A stretch of 64,000 bases of DNA from Accumulibacter sp. (GTDB taxonomy: Bacteria; Pseudomonadota; Gammaproteobacteria; Burkholderiales; Rhodocyclaceae): contig NZ_JAZKUD010000006.1 of NCBI RefSeq assembly GCF_036625275.1, positions 11,716 to 75,715 of the forward strand. Reading direction: 5' to 3'. A model generated the notes under the pieces. That model ran no database searches. It was given only the letters and a program-made list of their open reading frames with translations, and was not told the origin of the DNA. Each line of letters starts with the position of its first letter. The stretch's first letter is position 1. Of the stretch, positions 10,035-21,880 are shown in pieces. The position numbers and the translations under genes are program-made.

Positions 10035-11504
10035 TCAGTCAAATCCGTCTGGCCGCCGCAAGTGCCAGGCGTTTGCCTGCTGATAGCGGTGGGCGATGTT
10101 GAGCAGCCGGGCTTCGGCGAAATAGTTCCCGATGAGTTGCAGACCGACCGGCAAGCCGCCGGCAAAACCACAGGGGATTGAAATTCCGGGCAGGCCGGCG
10201 AGGTTGACGGCAATCGTATAGATGTCCGACAGGTACATCTGCACCGGATCGGCCGCTTTTTCGCCGAGCTTGAAAGCGGTACTCGGACTGGTCGGCCCGA
10301 TGATCACGTCGCATTTCTGGAAGGCGCTGGCAAAATCGTTGGCAATCAGGCGACGGATGCGTTGCGCCTGCAGGTAATACGCATCGTAGTAGCCGTGCGA
10401 CAGGACATAGGTACCGATCAGTATGCGCCGCTTGACCTCGTCACCGAAGCCCTGCGCGCGACTCTTGCAGTACATGTCGTTGAGATCCTGGTACGCCGGT
10501 GCCCGATAACCGTAGCGAACGCCGTCAAAGCGCGCCAGGTTCGAACTCGCTTCTGCCGGGGCGATCACGTAGTAGGCGGCCACTGCAAGGCCCATGCTCG
10601 GCAGGCTGATGGCAACGGTCTCGGCGCCAAGTTGGCGGTATTCACCGATGGCCGCTTCGACCAGTTGCATCACTTCGGGACTGCAGCCATCGCCAAAAAA
10701 CTCTTCCGGCAAGCCGATCTTCAATCCGGCCAGTGGTTTTGCAGTCCTTGCGGCATTGATTTCACGGCCGTAATCTTCAATTGGGCGGTCGAGACTCGTC
10801 GAATCGCGTTCGTCGAAGCCGGCCATGGCGTTGAGCAGGAGGGCACAGTCGGCAGCCGAGCGGCCAAGCGGTCCGGCCTGGTCGAGTGAGGACGCAAAGG
10901 CGACCATGCCGTAGCGCGAGATGACGCCATAAGTGGGTTTCATCCCGGTCAGGTTGCATAGTGCCGCCGGCTGGCGAATCGATCCGCCGGTGTCGGTGCC
11001 GGTGGCTGCGGGTGCCAGGCGTGCGGCGACCGCAGCGGCCGATCCGCCGGAAGAGCCACCGGGAACGCGGCTGTCGTCCCAGGGGTTGTGTACCGGCCCG
11101 TAGAAGGACGTTTCGTTCGACGAACCCATCGCGAATTCGTCCATGTTGGTCTTGCCGAGCATTACGGCACCGGCGGCCTGAAAGCGGGCAATCACTGCGG
11201 CATCGTAGGGGCTGACGAAATTGCTCAGCATCTTCGACCCACAGGTGGTCAGCCAGCCCTTGGCGCAGAAGATGTCCTTATGCGCGATCGGGATGCCGGT
11301 CAATGGTCCTTCTGTGCCCCTGGCCAGGCGCTCGTCGGCGGCGCGCGCCTGGGCAAGACTGCGGGCCGGATCGACGGTAATGTAAGCATTGAGTGGTGGA
11401 TTGTGGCGAGCGATCCGGTCAAGGTACAGTTGCGTCAGCTCGACGCTTGAAATTTCCTTGTTTGCCAAGGCGGTCGCCATCGCCTGGAGGCTGTACTCAA
11501 TCAT
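10035..11504 (-). CDS. gatA: Asp/Glu-tRNA amidotransferase subunit A
   Basis: Amidase signature [23 protein letters not shown] and [13 protein letters not shown]. Confidence 0.98.
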   Translation of the reverse strand: MIEYSLQAMATALANKEISSVELTQLYLDRIARHNPPLNAYITVDPARSLAQARAADERLARGTEGPLTGIPIAHKDIFCAKGWLTTCGSKMLSNFVSPYDAAVIARFQAAGAVMLGKTNMDEFAMGSSNETSFYGPVHNPWDDSRVPGGSSGGSAAAVAARLAPAATGTDTGGSIRQPAALCNLTGMKPTYGVISRYGMVAFASSLDQAGPLGRSAADCALLLNAMAGFDERDSTSLDRPIEDYGREINAARTAKPLAGLKIGLPEEFFGDGCSPEVMQLVEAAIGEYRQLGAETVAISLPSMGLAVAAYYVIAPAEASSNLARFDGVRYGYRAPAYQDLNDMYCKSRAQGFGDEVKRRILIGTYVLSHGYYDAYYLQAQRIRRLIANDFASAFQKCDVIIGPTSPSTAFKLGEKAADPVQMYLSDIYTIAVNLAGLPGISIPCGFAGGLPVGLQLIGNYFAEARLLNIAHRYQQANAWHLRRPDGFD

Positions 11505-11797
11505 TCGATGACCTTTGGCACCAGGTAGAGTCCGCCCTCGGTTTCTGGTGCGATGGCCTGGAAAGCAGTGCGCTGGGCAAGCTGATCCGACTCGGTGACC
11601 CGATCGGCGCGTAGACGCTGCGCCACCTCCTGGGCATGCGCCATGGGCCCGATGCCTTGCGTATCAACGGCCTGCATCTCTTCGATCAAGCCAAAAATCT
11701 CGTTCAGATGGCCGAGTGTGCGATGTGCTTCGACATCACTGATTTCGATTCGGGCGAGGTGGGCGACGCGCCGGACCTGTTCTAGCGTAAGCGACAT
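11501..11797 (-). CDS. gatC: Asp/Glu-tRNA amidotransferase subunit C
   Basis: V..VAHLARI N-terminus and YLVPKVIE C-terminus; overlaps the gatA start. Confidence 0.95.
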   Translation of the reverse strand: MSLTLEQVRRVAHLARIEISDVEAHRTLGHLNEIFGLIEEMQAVDTQGIGPMAHAQEVAQRLRADRVTESDQLAQRTAFQAIAPETEGGLYLVPKVIE

Positions 11798-11848
11798 GGG
11801 CGGAAATTACCAAGTTGTTAAATGAGTAGGCCATATAAGGTATCATAA

Positions 11849-12943
<1,095 letters not shown>

Positions 12944-12997
12944 TGCGCTGTGGTGCGTGGTGTGATTGCCGCACCTTGTCAACTCCAGGCCTGATTG

Positions 12998-13930
12998 ATG
13001 GACCACCAGCCGCCACCGTTTTTCAAGCGCGGGCCGGCACCTTTGGCGCTGCTGTCGTTCTACGTTGCGCTGTCGGTTGCACTCCTGGTGGTCGACGCGC
13101 GCCTGCAAACGCTGGAAGTGTTGCGGCAGGCGCTGTCCATGTTCACTCATCCGGTGCAACATCTGGCTCAGCTGCCAGCGCAGTTTCTCGATAACGCCGG
13201 GAATTATTTTGTCAGCGTGTCACGTTTGCAGGATGAAAATGCCCAGTTGAAACGCGCCCGCCTTGACAACGTGGCGACGCTGCTGCGCACCCAGCACCTG
13301 GAAGTCGAGAACCAGCGTCTGCGCAATCTGCTCGGTGTCAAGGAGCGGCAGCAGGCGAGCGGTCAACTGGCACAGATCCTCTATTCGGCACGCGACCCCT
13401 ATTCGCGGCGTATCGTCATCGACAAGGGGCAGCAGGACAAGGTGGTTGCCGGGCAGCCGGTGATCGATGATGCAGGCATCGTCGGTCAGGTGACCCGAGT
13501 GTTTCCCTTCGTCGCTGAAGTCACGCTGATTACCGACAAGGAGCAGGCGGTGCCTGTACAGATCGTTCGCACCGGCTTGCGCTCGGTGGTTTTTGGTCTG
13601 GGCAATGGCCAGCTCGAACTGCGTTTTCTGCCGGCCAACGCCGACGTCAAGGATGGCGACGTGCTCGTGACCTCGGGACTGGATGGCATCTTTCTGCCGG
13701 GCTTCCCGGTCGCCAGGGTGGTGCACATCGAACGGGATACCTCGTACTCATTTGCCAGGATCTTTTGCATGCCCTTGGCCGGCGTCGAGAACTTCAGCGA
13801 AGTGATGATTCTCGACCCGCGTCCGGCGGTGGTCTTGCCAGAGCAACTGGTCAGGGAGGCTGCCGGTCGGGAAGCCAGGTCATCGGTGCGATCCGGACCG
13901 GCCAAGAAGAAACGTCTGAAAAAGGACTGA
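12998..13930 (+). CDS. mreC: Rod shape-determining protein MreC
   Basis: TM helix plus coiled coil (ENQRLR.LL), G.VGQV and LVTSGLDGIF; operon position. Confidence 0.95.
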   Translation: MDHQPPPFFKRGPAPLALLSFYVALSVALLVVDARLQTLEVLRQALSMFTHPVQHLAQLPAQFLDNAGNYFVSVSRLQDENAQLKRARLDNVATLLRTQHLEVENQRLRNLLGVKERQQASGQLAQILYSARDPYSRRIVIDKGQQDKVVAGQPVIDDAGIVGQVTRVFPFVAEVTLITDKEQAVPVQIVRTGLRSVVFGLGNGQLELRFLPANADVKDGDVLVTSGLDGIFLPGFPVARVVHIERDTSYSFARIFCMPLAGVENFSEVMILDPRPAVVLPEQLVREAAGREARSSVRSGPAKKKRLKKD

Positions 13931-13935
13931 ACCCG

Positions 13936-14460
13936 ATGCAGACCAGCAGCTATTCCTCATCGCGAATTCTCTTGCCGGTACGCCCGTGGTTCATCGGCTT
14001 CAGCTTGCTGGTGGCGCTGCTGCTGAATTTCCTGCCGACCACCGTCTGGCACGGTGTGCCCGACTGGCTGGCTTTGTTGATCGTTTTCTGGAGCATTCGC
14101 GAGCCACGCCGAGTCGGCATGGGCTTGGCTTTCGTTTTCGGTGTGGCCATGGACGTTGCCGATGCCAGCCTGCTCGGACAACACGCGCTGGCCTATGTCC
14201 TGGCAGCTTACGGCGGGTCCTCGCTGTCGCGCCGGATCCTGTGGTTTCCACTCGGGCTGCAAGCCTTGCAGGTCCTGCCGCTGCTCCTGCTGGTTCAGCT
14301 GGTGCAGTTCAGCGTACGCCTGCTCACCGGCGCCGATTCGCCGGGCATCAGCTATTTCCTCGGACCCGTTTTCGGGACGCTGCTGTGGCCCTTGCTAACC
14401 TTCGTCCTGCTGCTGCCGCAGCATCAGCCCGTGGACCGTGATGCCAACCGGCCGCTCTGA
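13936..14460 (+). CDS. mreD: Rod shape-determining protein MreD
   Basis: PDWLAL..VFWS and D...GQHALAY motifs; operon position. Confidence 0.92.
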   Translation: MQTSSYSSSRILLPVRPWFIGFSLLVALLLNFLPTTVWHGVPDWLALLIVFWSIREPRRVGMGLAFVFGVAMDVADASLLGQHALAYVLAAYGGSSLSRRILWFPLGLQALQVLPLLLLVQLVQFSVRLLTGADSPGISYFLGPVFGTLLWPLLTFVLLLPQHQPVDRDANRPL

Positions 14461-14543
14461 GTCCGTGAGGTGCTGTCGGCGCCGTGTTCGCCGATATGCG
14501 GGACAGTGGTCATTGATCCGACGTCATCGCTGAGGGTTTCACC

Positions 14544-16439
14544 TTGCTGGCTGGTCAGTTACCGTTGAATGCCACCGATCGCGAACTGTCTCGCTTCCGC
14601 TTCCGGATCGCCCTGGCCGGGGTTGCGGTGTTCGCGGCTTTCGTTGTCCTGATCGTGCGCTTCGTCCATCTGCAGGTGCTGCAGCACGCCTACTACACCA
14701 CCCGCGCCGAGGACAATCGGATTTCCCTGGTGCCGATCGTTCCCAACCGGGGTGTCATCGTCGATCGCAATGGTACGGTCCTGGCCCATAATTACTCGGC
14801 TTTCACGCTGGAGATTACGCCCTCGAAGGTCGCGGACCTCGAAGCGACGATCGAAGGTCTGGGCAAGGTGATCGAGGTTCTGCCCAAGGATCGCAAGCGT
14901 TTTCGCAGGTTGCTCGAGGAGAGCAAGAATTTCGAAAGCCTGCCGATTCGCACGCGCCTGAGTGAGGAGGAAGTCGCTCGCTTTGCAGCCAACCGTTATC
15001 TCTTTCCCGGTGTCGAGGTCAAGGCGCGTCTGTTCCGCCAATATCCGCTGGGTCCGATCGCCGCGCACGCCATCGGCTATATCAATCGAATCAACAAGCG
15101 CGACCTGGAGATCATCGAGGAAAACGAACAGGCGGCAAACTATAAAGGCACCGACCACATTGGCAAGACCGGACTGGAACAGAAGTACGAATATCAGTTG
15201 CATGGTCAAACCGGCTATGAACAGGTCGAAATCGATGCGGGCGGACGGGCCATTCGCAGTCTGTCGCGGACAGCACCGGTACAGGGCAACAACCTGACTC
15301 TGACGCTCGACATCAAGCTGCAGGAAATGGCCGAAAAGGCCTTTGGCGACCGCCGCGGCGCGCTGGTGGCGATCGAGCCCGCGAGCGGAGGCATTCTGGC
15401 GCTGGTGTCCACTCCTTCCTTCGACCCCAATCTCTTTGTCGATGGCATCCGCAGCGACGACTGGGATCTGCTCAACAACTCGCCAGACAAACCGATGCTC
15501 AACCGCGCACTGAACGGCGCCTATCCGCCGGGTTCGACCTTCAAGCCGTTCATGGCCCTGGCAGCGCTGGAAACCGGCAAGCGCACGCCCGGACAGACGA
15601 TTTCGGACCCCGGCTTCTTCAATTTTGGCGGGCACCAGTTTCGCGATGACAAGAAGGGGGGGCACGGCAGCGTCGATATGTACAAGTCGATCGTCCATTC
15701 CTGTGATACCTACTACTACATGCTTGCCAACGACATGGGCATCGACAGCATCGCTCGCTTCATGGGGCAACTGGGTTTCGGTCAACGCACCGAGGTGGAT
15801 ATCGAGGGGGAATCGGAAGGTGTGCTGCCGTCGCCGGAGTGGAAGAAGCGTCGTTTCAAGCGACCCGAGCAGCAGAAGTGGTTTGCCGGTGAAACGATCT
15901 CGATCGGCATCGGTCAGGGTTACAATGCCTACACCCCGATCCAGCTGGCGCAGGCGACCGCCACCATTGCCAACAATGGGGTCATGTTCCGGCCGCACCT
16001 CGTCAAGTACATCACCGATAGCCGAAGTGGCGAGCAGACGATGATCGAGCCGGAGCCGCTGCGCATCCTGCCGTGGAAGCGACAGAATGTCGAGACCATC
16101 AAGAAGGCCATGATCGGCGTCAACACCGCGGGCACTGCCGCGCGCGCTTTTGCCGGTGCCAGCTATGTCTCGGCAGGCAAGACCGGCACGGCGCAGGTTT
16201 TCAGCCTCAAGGGCGCGGAGTACCGGGCCTCGAGTGTCAAGAAGGAGTTGCGTGACCATGCGCTGTTCATTGCGTTTGCGCCGGCAGACCAGCCGAAGAT
16301 CGCGTTGGCCGTGCTGGTGGAAAACGGGGGCTTCGGTGCCCAGTCGGCGGCACCGATCGCACGCATGGTTTTCGATTACTATCTGCTTGGCAAGCTGCCC
16401 AAGGGGGCAGCGCGGGAAGACGATGTCGAGGAGGACTAG
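14544..16439 (+). CDS. mrdA: Penicillin-binding protein 2
   Basis: SxxK (GSTFK), SxD (SCD) and KTG motifs; P.RG.IVDRNG. Confidence 0.97.
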   Translation: MLAGQLPLNATDRELSRFRFRIALAGVAVFAAFVVLIVRFVHLQVLQHAYYTTRAEDNRISLVPIVPNRGVIVDRNGTVLAHNYSAFTLEITPSKVADLEATIEGLGKVIEVLPKDRKRFRRLLEESKNFESLPIRTRLSEEEVARFAANRYLFPGVEVKARLFRQYPLGPIAAHAIGYINRINKRDLEIIEENEQAANYKGTDHIGKTGLEQKYEYQLHGQTGYEQVEIDAGGRAIRSLSRTAPVQGNNLTLTLDIKLQEMAEKAFGDRRGALVAIEPASGGILALVSTPSFDPNLFVDGIRSDDWDLLNNSPDKPMLNRALNGAYPPGSTFKPFMALAALETGKRTPGQTISDPGFFNFGGHQFRDDKKGGHGSVDMYKSIVHSCDTYYYMLANDMGIDSIARFMGQLGFGQRTEVDIEGESEGVLPSPEWKKRRFKRPEQQKWFAGETISIGIGQGYNAYTPIQLAQATATIANNGVMFRPHLVKYITDSRSGEQTMIEPEPLRILPWKRQNVETIKKAMIGVNTAGTAARAFAGASYVSAGKTGTAQVFSLKGAEYRASSVKKELRDHALFIAFAPADQPKIALAVLVENGGFGAQSAAPIARMVFDYYLLGKLPKGAAREDDVEED

Positions 16440-16442
16440 CTG

Positions 16443-17549
16443 ATGTTGCCGCCGTTGCTGCACCGGATCTGGGTGCGCCTGGTCGAACACCTCGACGGGC
16501 CCTTGCTGCTGCTTACCGCATCGATCATGGCGACTGGTCTGGCCACCGTCTACAGTGCCACCTACGACGCCAGCAATCGCCTGCTGGCGCAGGCCGTGAA
16601 CATGGCGGTGGGCTTTTGTGCGATGTGGCTGGTGGCGCAGTTGCCGCCGCAGAAACTGATGGGTTTCGGTGTGCCGCTCTACGTGCTCGGCGTGATCCTG
16701 TTGATTTGCGTATTTTTCTTCGGGGTCAAGGTGAATGGGGCAAGACGCTGGTTGTCGCTCGGGTTTACCCGCATCCAGCCCTCCGAGGTGCTGAAGATTG
16801 CCGTGCCGCTGATGCTCGCCTGGTACTTTCACAAGCACGAAGCGATGCTCCGATTCCGCCATTATTTCTTTGCCTGTCTGCTGCTGCTCGTCCCTTTCGC
16901 GTTGATTGCCAAGCAGCCTGACCTCGGAACGGCGATTCTCGTCGGGGCTGCCGGCTTTTACGTCATCTTTCTGGCGGGTCTGCCCTGGCAGGTGATCTTT
17001 GGCCTGTTCGCTGCGGCTGCGGCGGCAGCACCTTTCGTATGGACGATGCTGCATGACTACCAGCGCAAACGCATCCTGACCTTGATCGATCCGGCCAGCG
17101 ATCCGCTTGGGGCGGGCTATCACATCATCCAGTCGACCATTGCCATCGGCTCAGGCGGCACATTCGGCAAAGGCTGGCTGGAAGGTACGCAGACCCACCT
17201 TGAATTCATCCCCGAGCGCCATACCGACTTCATCTTCGCCGTTTTCTCCGAGGAGCGCGGTTTGCTCGGCAACAGCATTCTGGTGCTGCTCTACTTTCTG
17301 TTGATTGTCCGTGGCCTGATGATCGCCGCCAATGCCTCGACACTGTTCGCGCGTGTCATGGCCGGCTCGGTGACGCTGAGCCTGTTCACCTACGTGTTCG
17401 TCAACATGGGCATGGTCAGCGGCATTCTGCCGGTGGTCGGGGTGCCGCTGCCGTTCATGAGTTATGGAGGAACGGCGCTGGTGACCCTGTCGGTTGGGAT
17501 CGGCATCCTGATGAGCATCCAGACGCACCGGATGCTGGTTCGAAAATGA
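16443..17549 (+). CDS. rodA: SEDS peptidoglycan glycosyltransferase RodA
   Basis: GARRW, QPSE..K, QPDLGT, PERHTDFIF and VVGVPLPFMSYGG. Confidence 0.97.
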   Translation: MLPPLLHRIWVRLVEHLDGPLLLLTASIMATGLATVYSATYDASNRLLAQAVNMAVGFCAMWLVAQLPPQKLMGFGVPLYVLGVILLICVFFFGVKVNGARRWLSLGFTRIQPSEVLKIAVPLMLAWYFHKHEAMLRFRHYFFACLLLLVPFALIAKQPDLGTAILVGAAGFYVIFLAGLPWQVIFGLFAAAAAAAPFVWTMLHDYQRKRILTLIDPASDPLGAGYHIIQSTIAIGSGGTFGKGWLEGTQTHLEFIPERHTDFIFAVFSEERGLLGNSILVLLYFLLIVRGLMIAANASTLFARVMAGSVTLSLFTYVFVNMGMVSGILPVVGVPLPFMSYGGTALVTLSVGIGILMSIQTHRMLVRK

Positions 17550-18616
17550 GGCGCGCGGAGTGTGGACTGGCTGGGCTGGCACTGGCCAGACGGCTGCCGT
17601 ACACCGCGGCACTGTGCCTGTTGCCATGGCTCCTCGCAGCCTGTGGTGGTCAGCCATCGCGTCCGGCCGAGTCGGGATCGCGTACGACCGAGCCGGCCAA
17701 GGCACCGGCGAAGATGGTCAGGAAGACGAACGTCCTGCAGAAGCGGGGGGGTGCCTATTACAAGGACGATGGCCCGGGCGACGAGTTCCCCGACAATCTC
17801 GACGAGATTCCCGACGCACAGCCGCGCCTTGAACCGCTGCATCGCTTTGCGAACCGGCCGTATGTCGTTCTCGGCAGGGCCTACGAGCCGCACGCCAGTC
17901 TCAGACCCCATCAGGAGCGTGGTGTGGCGAGCTGGTACGGCAAGAAGTTTCATGGGCAACCGACGTCGATCGGTGAACCCTACGACATGTTCTCGATGAC
18001 GGCCGCACACCCGACCCTGGCGATTCCCTCGTATGCCCGTGTGACCAACGTCAGCAATGGCAAATCAGTGGTCGTGAGAGTGACCGATCGCGGCCCCTTC
18101 CATGCCGATCGGATCATCGACCTCTCGTATGCAGCCGCTTATCGATTGGGTTACGTGGATAACGGCAGTACCCAGGTTGAAGTCGAGTCGATTCTGCCCG
18201 TCGGCGCGACGACGATGAGCTACGCGCAGGTGATGCCGACGCCACGCCCAGCGCGAGCGATGGTCAACCCGGTGGAACGAGACGAGATTGAACTGCTGGC
18301 GGCCAGACTGGGGTCCGACAAGGCGGTCACGCCATCCCCGCTGGTGAATGCGACGCCGGTGGTGGCTACCGCGTCCGTAGGCCTGCGCGGCGTCTTCCTG
18401 CAGTTGGGGGCTTTCGTCAGCGCCGAAAATGCCGAAAGCCTGCGCTCACACCTGTTGCGTGAACTGGACTGGCTCAACGAAGAGATCCAGGTCAACGCCG
18501 GTGGCGGTATGCACCGCGTTCATCTGGGTCCGTATCCTAGCCGCGTCGATGCCGAAAAAGTGGCCGAAAGGATTCGTCTGGCGCTTGGGTACAAGCCTAC
18601 CCTGGTGGCGCGCTGA
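17546..18616 (+). CDS. rlpA: Septal ring lytic transglycosylase RlpA (lipoprotein, DPBB + SPOR)
   Basis: Lipobox LAAC, G.ASWYG..FHG, TAAH.TL, DRGPF..DRIIDLS and C-terminal SPOR (LQLGAF). Confidence 0.93.
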   Translation: MRRAECGLAGLALARRLPYTAALCLLPWLLAACGGQPSRPAESGSRTTEPAKAPAKMVRKTNVLQKRGGAYYKDDGPGDEFPDNLDEIPDAQPRLEPLHRFANRPYVVLGRAYEPHASLRPHQERGVASWYGKKFHGQPTSIGEPYDMFSMTAAHPTLAIPSYARVTNVSNGKSVVVRVTDRGPFHADRIIDLSYAAAYRLGYVDNGSTQVEVESILPVGATTMSYAQVMPTPRPARAMVNPVERDEIELLAARLGSDKAVTPSPLVNATPVVATASVGLRGVFLQLGAFVSAENAESLRSHLLRELDWLNEEIQVNAGGGMHRVHLGPYPSRVDAEKVAERIRLALGYKPTLVAR

Positions 18617-19534
18617 TCAGCCGTCGTCGTCAAGCGGGCGGAATACTCCCTGCACGACTTTCTTGCCTTGCTCGAGCTGCACCACCTGGCTCCTGATTTC
18701 GAGCGGAATGCGCTTGCCGTCGCGAGCGAGCATTTCACTGCGTACCGACTCGACGCCAGTGGTCCTGGCCAGCCGCTTGCACAGATCTCGAATGTTCAGG
18801 CTGTCGCCGTAGTGATGGGCGACTTCATTGGGTTGAACGCCGAGAAGCTGTTGCAATGGTCGACCGAAGAGTTTTTCCGCCTGAGGGTTGGCTTCGAGAA
18901 TATTCCCGGTATGGGCATCGGAGATCAGGATGGCGTCACGCGCACTCTCGAACAGGGCGCGTCGCAGGTGGTTGGCGTCGCGCAGTTCTTCCTTGATCGA
19001 AAGCAGTTGGTTTTGCAGCAAGGCCTGGCTGACCAGACTGGCGACCGCATGAGCAAACAGTCGTTGCACCGAAGTCCAGGCTGAGTGCGGTCCAACACGC
19101 TCGATGCAGAGCACGCCCTGCAATTCGCCATCGGCATGAATCGGCGAGTTGATGACGGCACTGATGCCGTTCAACAGCAGATAGTCGTGGCTGAATTCCT
19201 GAGTGGACGGATGTTTCATCGCGTCATCGGCAACAATCGGTTCGCCCTTCTCAAGGGCCCGGAAATATTCCGGGTAGCGAGCCGCGCGCAGTGTCAAGCC
19301 GCTGCTATGCCGGTCGCGGGACAGCTCATAGAGATTGATGCATTCGAGGTTTTCTCCTTGCGCATTCAAGCCCCATAGACTGACGCGCTCGATATTCAGT
19401 ATCCGGCTGGTGGTGGCGGTGAGCTGGCGCAGGGTTTCGTCGAGGTGATGTCCGGCAAATCCTCGTCTTGAGAGTTGCGCAAACGCGCCTTGCAGGTCAA
19501 GGGAGCTCGAAAGGGGTCGGAAGAGTGGCAACAA
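18617..19534 (-). CDS. GAF + PAS protein with no output domain
   Basis: GAF-like segment ERVSLW...YP.YF..L...GVLCIE, then PAS FESARDAI..SD...ILEANPQAE; protein ends after the PAS/PAC. Confidence 0.8.
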   Translation of the reverse strand: MLPLFRPLSSSLDLQGAFAQLSRRGFAGHHLDETLRQLTATTSRILNIERVSLWGLNAQGENLECINLYELSRDRHSSGLTLRAARYPEYFRALEKGEPIVADDAMKHPSTQEFSHDYLLLNGISAVINSPIHADGELQGVLCIERVGPHSAWTSVQRLFAHAVASLVSQALLQNQLLSIKEELRDANHLRRALFESARDAILISDAHTGNILEANPQAEKLFGRPLQQLLGVQPNEVAHHYGDSLNIRDLCKRLARTTGVESVRSEMLARDGKRIPLEIRSQVVQLEQGKKVVQGVFRPLDDDG

Positions 19535-19728
19535 TGGAGTCCAGCAGCGCCCGCTTGCACGGGTATTTACATCCGGAAAAGTGCCTCTACTGTACGTTCA
19601 GGTCGGCCTGCCAGGATGTAAAGTAAATCACGGAAGTGAGGAATCTCCTGGCTAACCGGGTCGCAAAACGCATACGGATATGGCCGGAATGGCTTGCTAT
19701 AATCGCCGCTTTGCCAAGAAACCCAACC

Positions 19729-20862
19729 ATGCTCACGCTCCGATCCCTGCTCTTCGTTCTGTTTTGTCTTCCCCTTCTGGCCAGTGCCCAGCAATTGCCG
19801 ACGCCGCCGGTTCTGGCAGCCAAGTCATGGCTGCTGGTCGAATCGGCGTCTGGACAGGAACTGACCGGACAGGCAGCTGATCAGCGCCTCGAGCCAGCAT
19901 CACTGACCAAGCTGATGACCGCCTATCTGAGTTTTGCGGCGATCAGGCAGGGGACGATCAAGCTTGATCAGGCCGTACCGGTTTCCCAGAAAGCCTGGAA
20001 AACAGGCGGTTCGCGAATGTTCATCCAGGTCGGCACAGAGGTCAAGGTTGAGGATCTGTTGAAGGGCATGATCGTCCAGTCGGGCAACGATGCCTGTGTC
20101 GCACTGGCCGAAGCCATTGCCGGCGACGAAGGGAACTTCGCGCAGATGATGAATCGTGAGGCGCAGAGGCTGGGCATGAAAGGGTCGAGTTTTCGCAATT
20201 CTAGCGGCCTCCCCGATCCGCAGCACTACACGACGGCACGCGATCTGGCGATTCTGGCTGACGCCCTGATTCGTGATTTCCCCGAAGAGTACGCCAGGTA
20301 CTACTCGATGAAGGAGTTTCGCTACAACAACATCCGGCAGCCGAATCGCAATCGCCTGCTGTATATCGACCCGACCGTCGATGGCCTCAAGACCGGTCAC
20401 ACCGAGGCGGCAGGCTATTGCCTGGTCTCGTCGGCAAAACGGGGATCACGTCGCCTGGTTTCGGTGGTGCTCGGTGCGGCATCGGATAGCGCGCGCGCGC
20501 AGGAATCGCTGAAGCTGCTCAACTTCGGCTTCCAGTTCTACGATGCCGTTCAACTGTATGCGAAGAACGAACCGGTGAGCACGCTGAAGGTCTGGAAGGG
20601 CAAGGAGAATACGGTCAGAATTGGCTTTCCCAAAGACCTTGTCATGGCCGTGCCCAAGGGTTTCGGCCCCAAAATCAGGACCGAACTCGTTACGCAGCAG
20701 CGGCTGATGGCGCCGGTCGCCTCCGGGCAGGTTCTGGGTACCCTGAAGGTCAGCATCGATGACAAAGCTTACGGGGATTACCCGGTGCTGGCGCTTGAGG
20801 AGGTTCCGGCAGCAGGCATGCTTGGCCGCATGATCGACAGCGTCCGTCTCTGGTTTAACTGA
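19729..20862 (+). CDS. dacA: D-alanyl-D-alanine carboxypeptidase (PBP5/6)
   Basis: PASLTKLMT, SGNDA and GLKTGHT; start placed at MLTLRS. Confidence 0.95.
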   Translation: MLTLRSLLFVLFCLPLLASAQQLPTPPVLAAKSWLLVESASGQELTGQAADQRLEPASLTKLMTAYLSFAAIRQGTIKLDQAVPVSQKAWKTGGSRMFIQVGTEVKVEDLLKGMIVQSGNDACVALAEAIAGDEGNFAQMMNREAQRLGMKGSSFRNSSGLPDPQHYTTARDLAILADALIRDFPEEYARYYSMKEFRYNNIRQPNRNRLLYIDPTVDGLKTGHTEAAGYCLVSSAKRGSRRLVSVVLGAASDSARAQESLKLLNFGFQFYDAVQLYAKNEPVSTLKVWKGKENTVRIGFPKDLVMAVPKGFGPKIRTELVTQQRLMAPVASGQVLGTLKVSIDDKAYGDYPVLALEEVPAAGMLGRMIDSVRLWFN

Positions 20863-20873
20863 CATCCGCAGGC

Positions 20874-20909
20874 GAGATTCGTGAGTCGCTGACGCGACTT
20901 TCACATCAA
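20874..20909 (+). repeat. Partial copy (third hairpin) of the 125-bp intergenic repeat
   Basis: GAGATTCGTGAGTCGCTGACGCGACTTTCACAT matches 1222-1254 with two mismatches. Confidence 0.8.
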
Positions 20910-20930
20910 CCAAAACGAGCCGGAGCACCG

Positions 20931-21200
20931 ATGTCTGACGATACTGACAGCCTGTTCGAGTTTCCTTGTGCTTTCCCGCTGAAGATCATGGGGGCGGCCA
21001 GCGATGCCCTGGTGCAGGCGGTCCTCGAAGTCGTGCTGCGGCAGGCGCCGGATTTCGATGTCGCGACGATGGAGGTGCGTTCTTCATCGGCCGGCAACTA
21101 TCTGAGCCTGACCTGCACCATCCATGCCACCAGCAGAGCGCAGCTCGACACGCTCTATCAGGAACTGAGCAGCCATCCGCTGGTCAAGATCGTTCTGTGA
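20931..21200 (+). CDS. ybeD: YbeD / DUF493 family protein
   Basis: FEFPC.FPLKIMG and SS.GNY.SLT; conserved dacA-ybeD-lipB-lipA order. Confidence 0.9.
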   Translation: MSDDTDSLFEFPCAFPLKIMGAASDALVQAVLEVVLRQAPDFDVATMEVRSSSAGNYLSLTCTIHATSRAQLDTLYQELSSHPLVKIVL

Positions 21201-21880
21201 AGCCGGCCGGTCAGTGCGGCCCTGTCGATTCGGATGGCTTCGACAGCGATCCGGTGTCGATCGCCAGCTCGCTGCGGGTTCGTCATCTTGGCTACACCGA
21301 TTACCAGCAGACCTGGCAGCAGATGGTCCGCTTTACGGCTGCACGTAGCGAACAGACGGTCGACGAACTGTGGTGTTGCGAGCATTCACCGGTGTTTACC
21401 CTGGGTCAGGCGGGTAAACCGGAGCATCTGCTGGCTGACCTGGGCATCCCGCTGCTGAAGACCGACCGGGGTGGCCAGATTACCTACCACGGTCCAGGTC
21501 AGGTGGTGATCTACCTGTTGCTGGATCTGAACCGAAGGAGGCTGAAAGTGCGTGAGCTGGTAGCGGCGATCGAGCAGGCGGTGATCGATCTGCTTGCCGA
21601 GTATGGCGTCGTTGCCGAGCGGCATGGCGGTGCGCCGGGGGTCTATGTGGGCGTGGCCAAGGTGGCGGCGCTCGGTCTGCGCGTCCGCAAGGGGTACTGT
21701 TACCACGGCGTCAGCTTGAACGTTGCGATGGACCTGTCGCCGTTTGCGGCAATCAACCCCTGCGGCTACCCTGGCCTGCCGGTGACGCAGACACGCGATC
21801 TCGGCATCGCGCTGACTCCCGCACAAGTGGCCACGGCGCTGGCCGGACATCTCGCGGGACAACTGGAGTGCAGGCAATGA
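21197..21880 (+). CDS. lipB: Octanoyltransferase LipB (start uncertain)
   Basis: [34 protein letters not shown] and INPCG. Confidence 0.95.
   Translation: MKPAGQCGPVDSDGFDSDPVSIASSLRVRHLGYTDYQQTWQQMVRFTAARSEQTVDELWCCEHSPVFTLGQAGKPEHLLADLGIPLLKTDRGGQITYHGPGQVVIYLLLDLNRRRLKVRELVAAIEQAVIDLLAEYGVVAERHGGAPGVYVGVAKVAALGLRVRKGYCYHGVSLNVAMDLSPFAAINPCGYPGLPVTQTRDLGIALTPAQVATALAGHLAGQLECRQ

Noticed and set aside
9941-10213. N-terminal extension of gatB in the ORF track
   Set aside because: It overlaps gatA in another frame; the conserved GatB start is at 9940.
14559-17123. 854-aa antisense ORF and similar long shadows (8810-9949, 41863-43923, 56166-58397)
   Set aside because: Opposite to well-supported genes; expected from high-GC codon bias.
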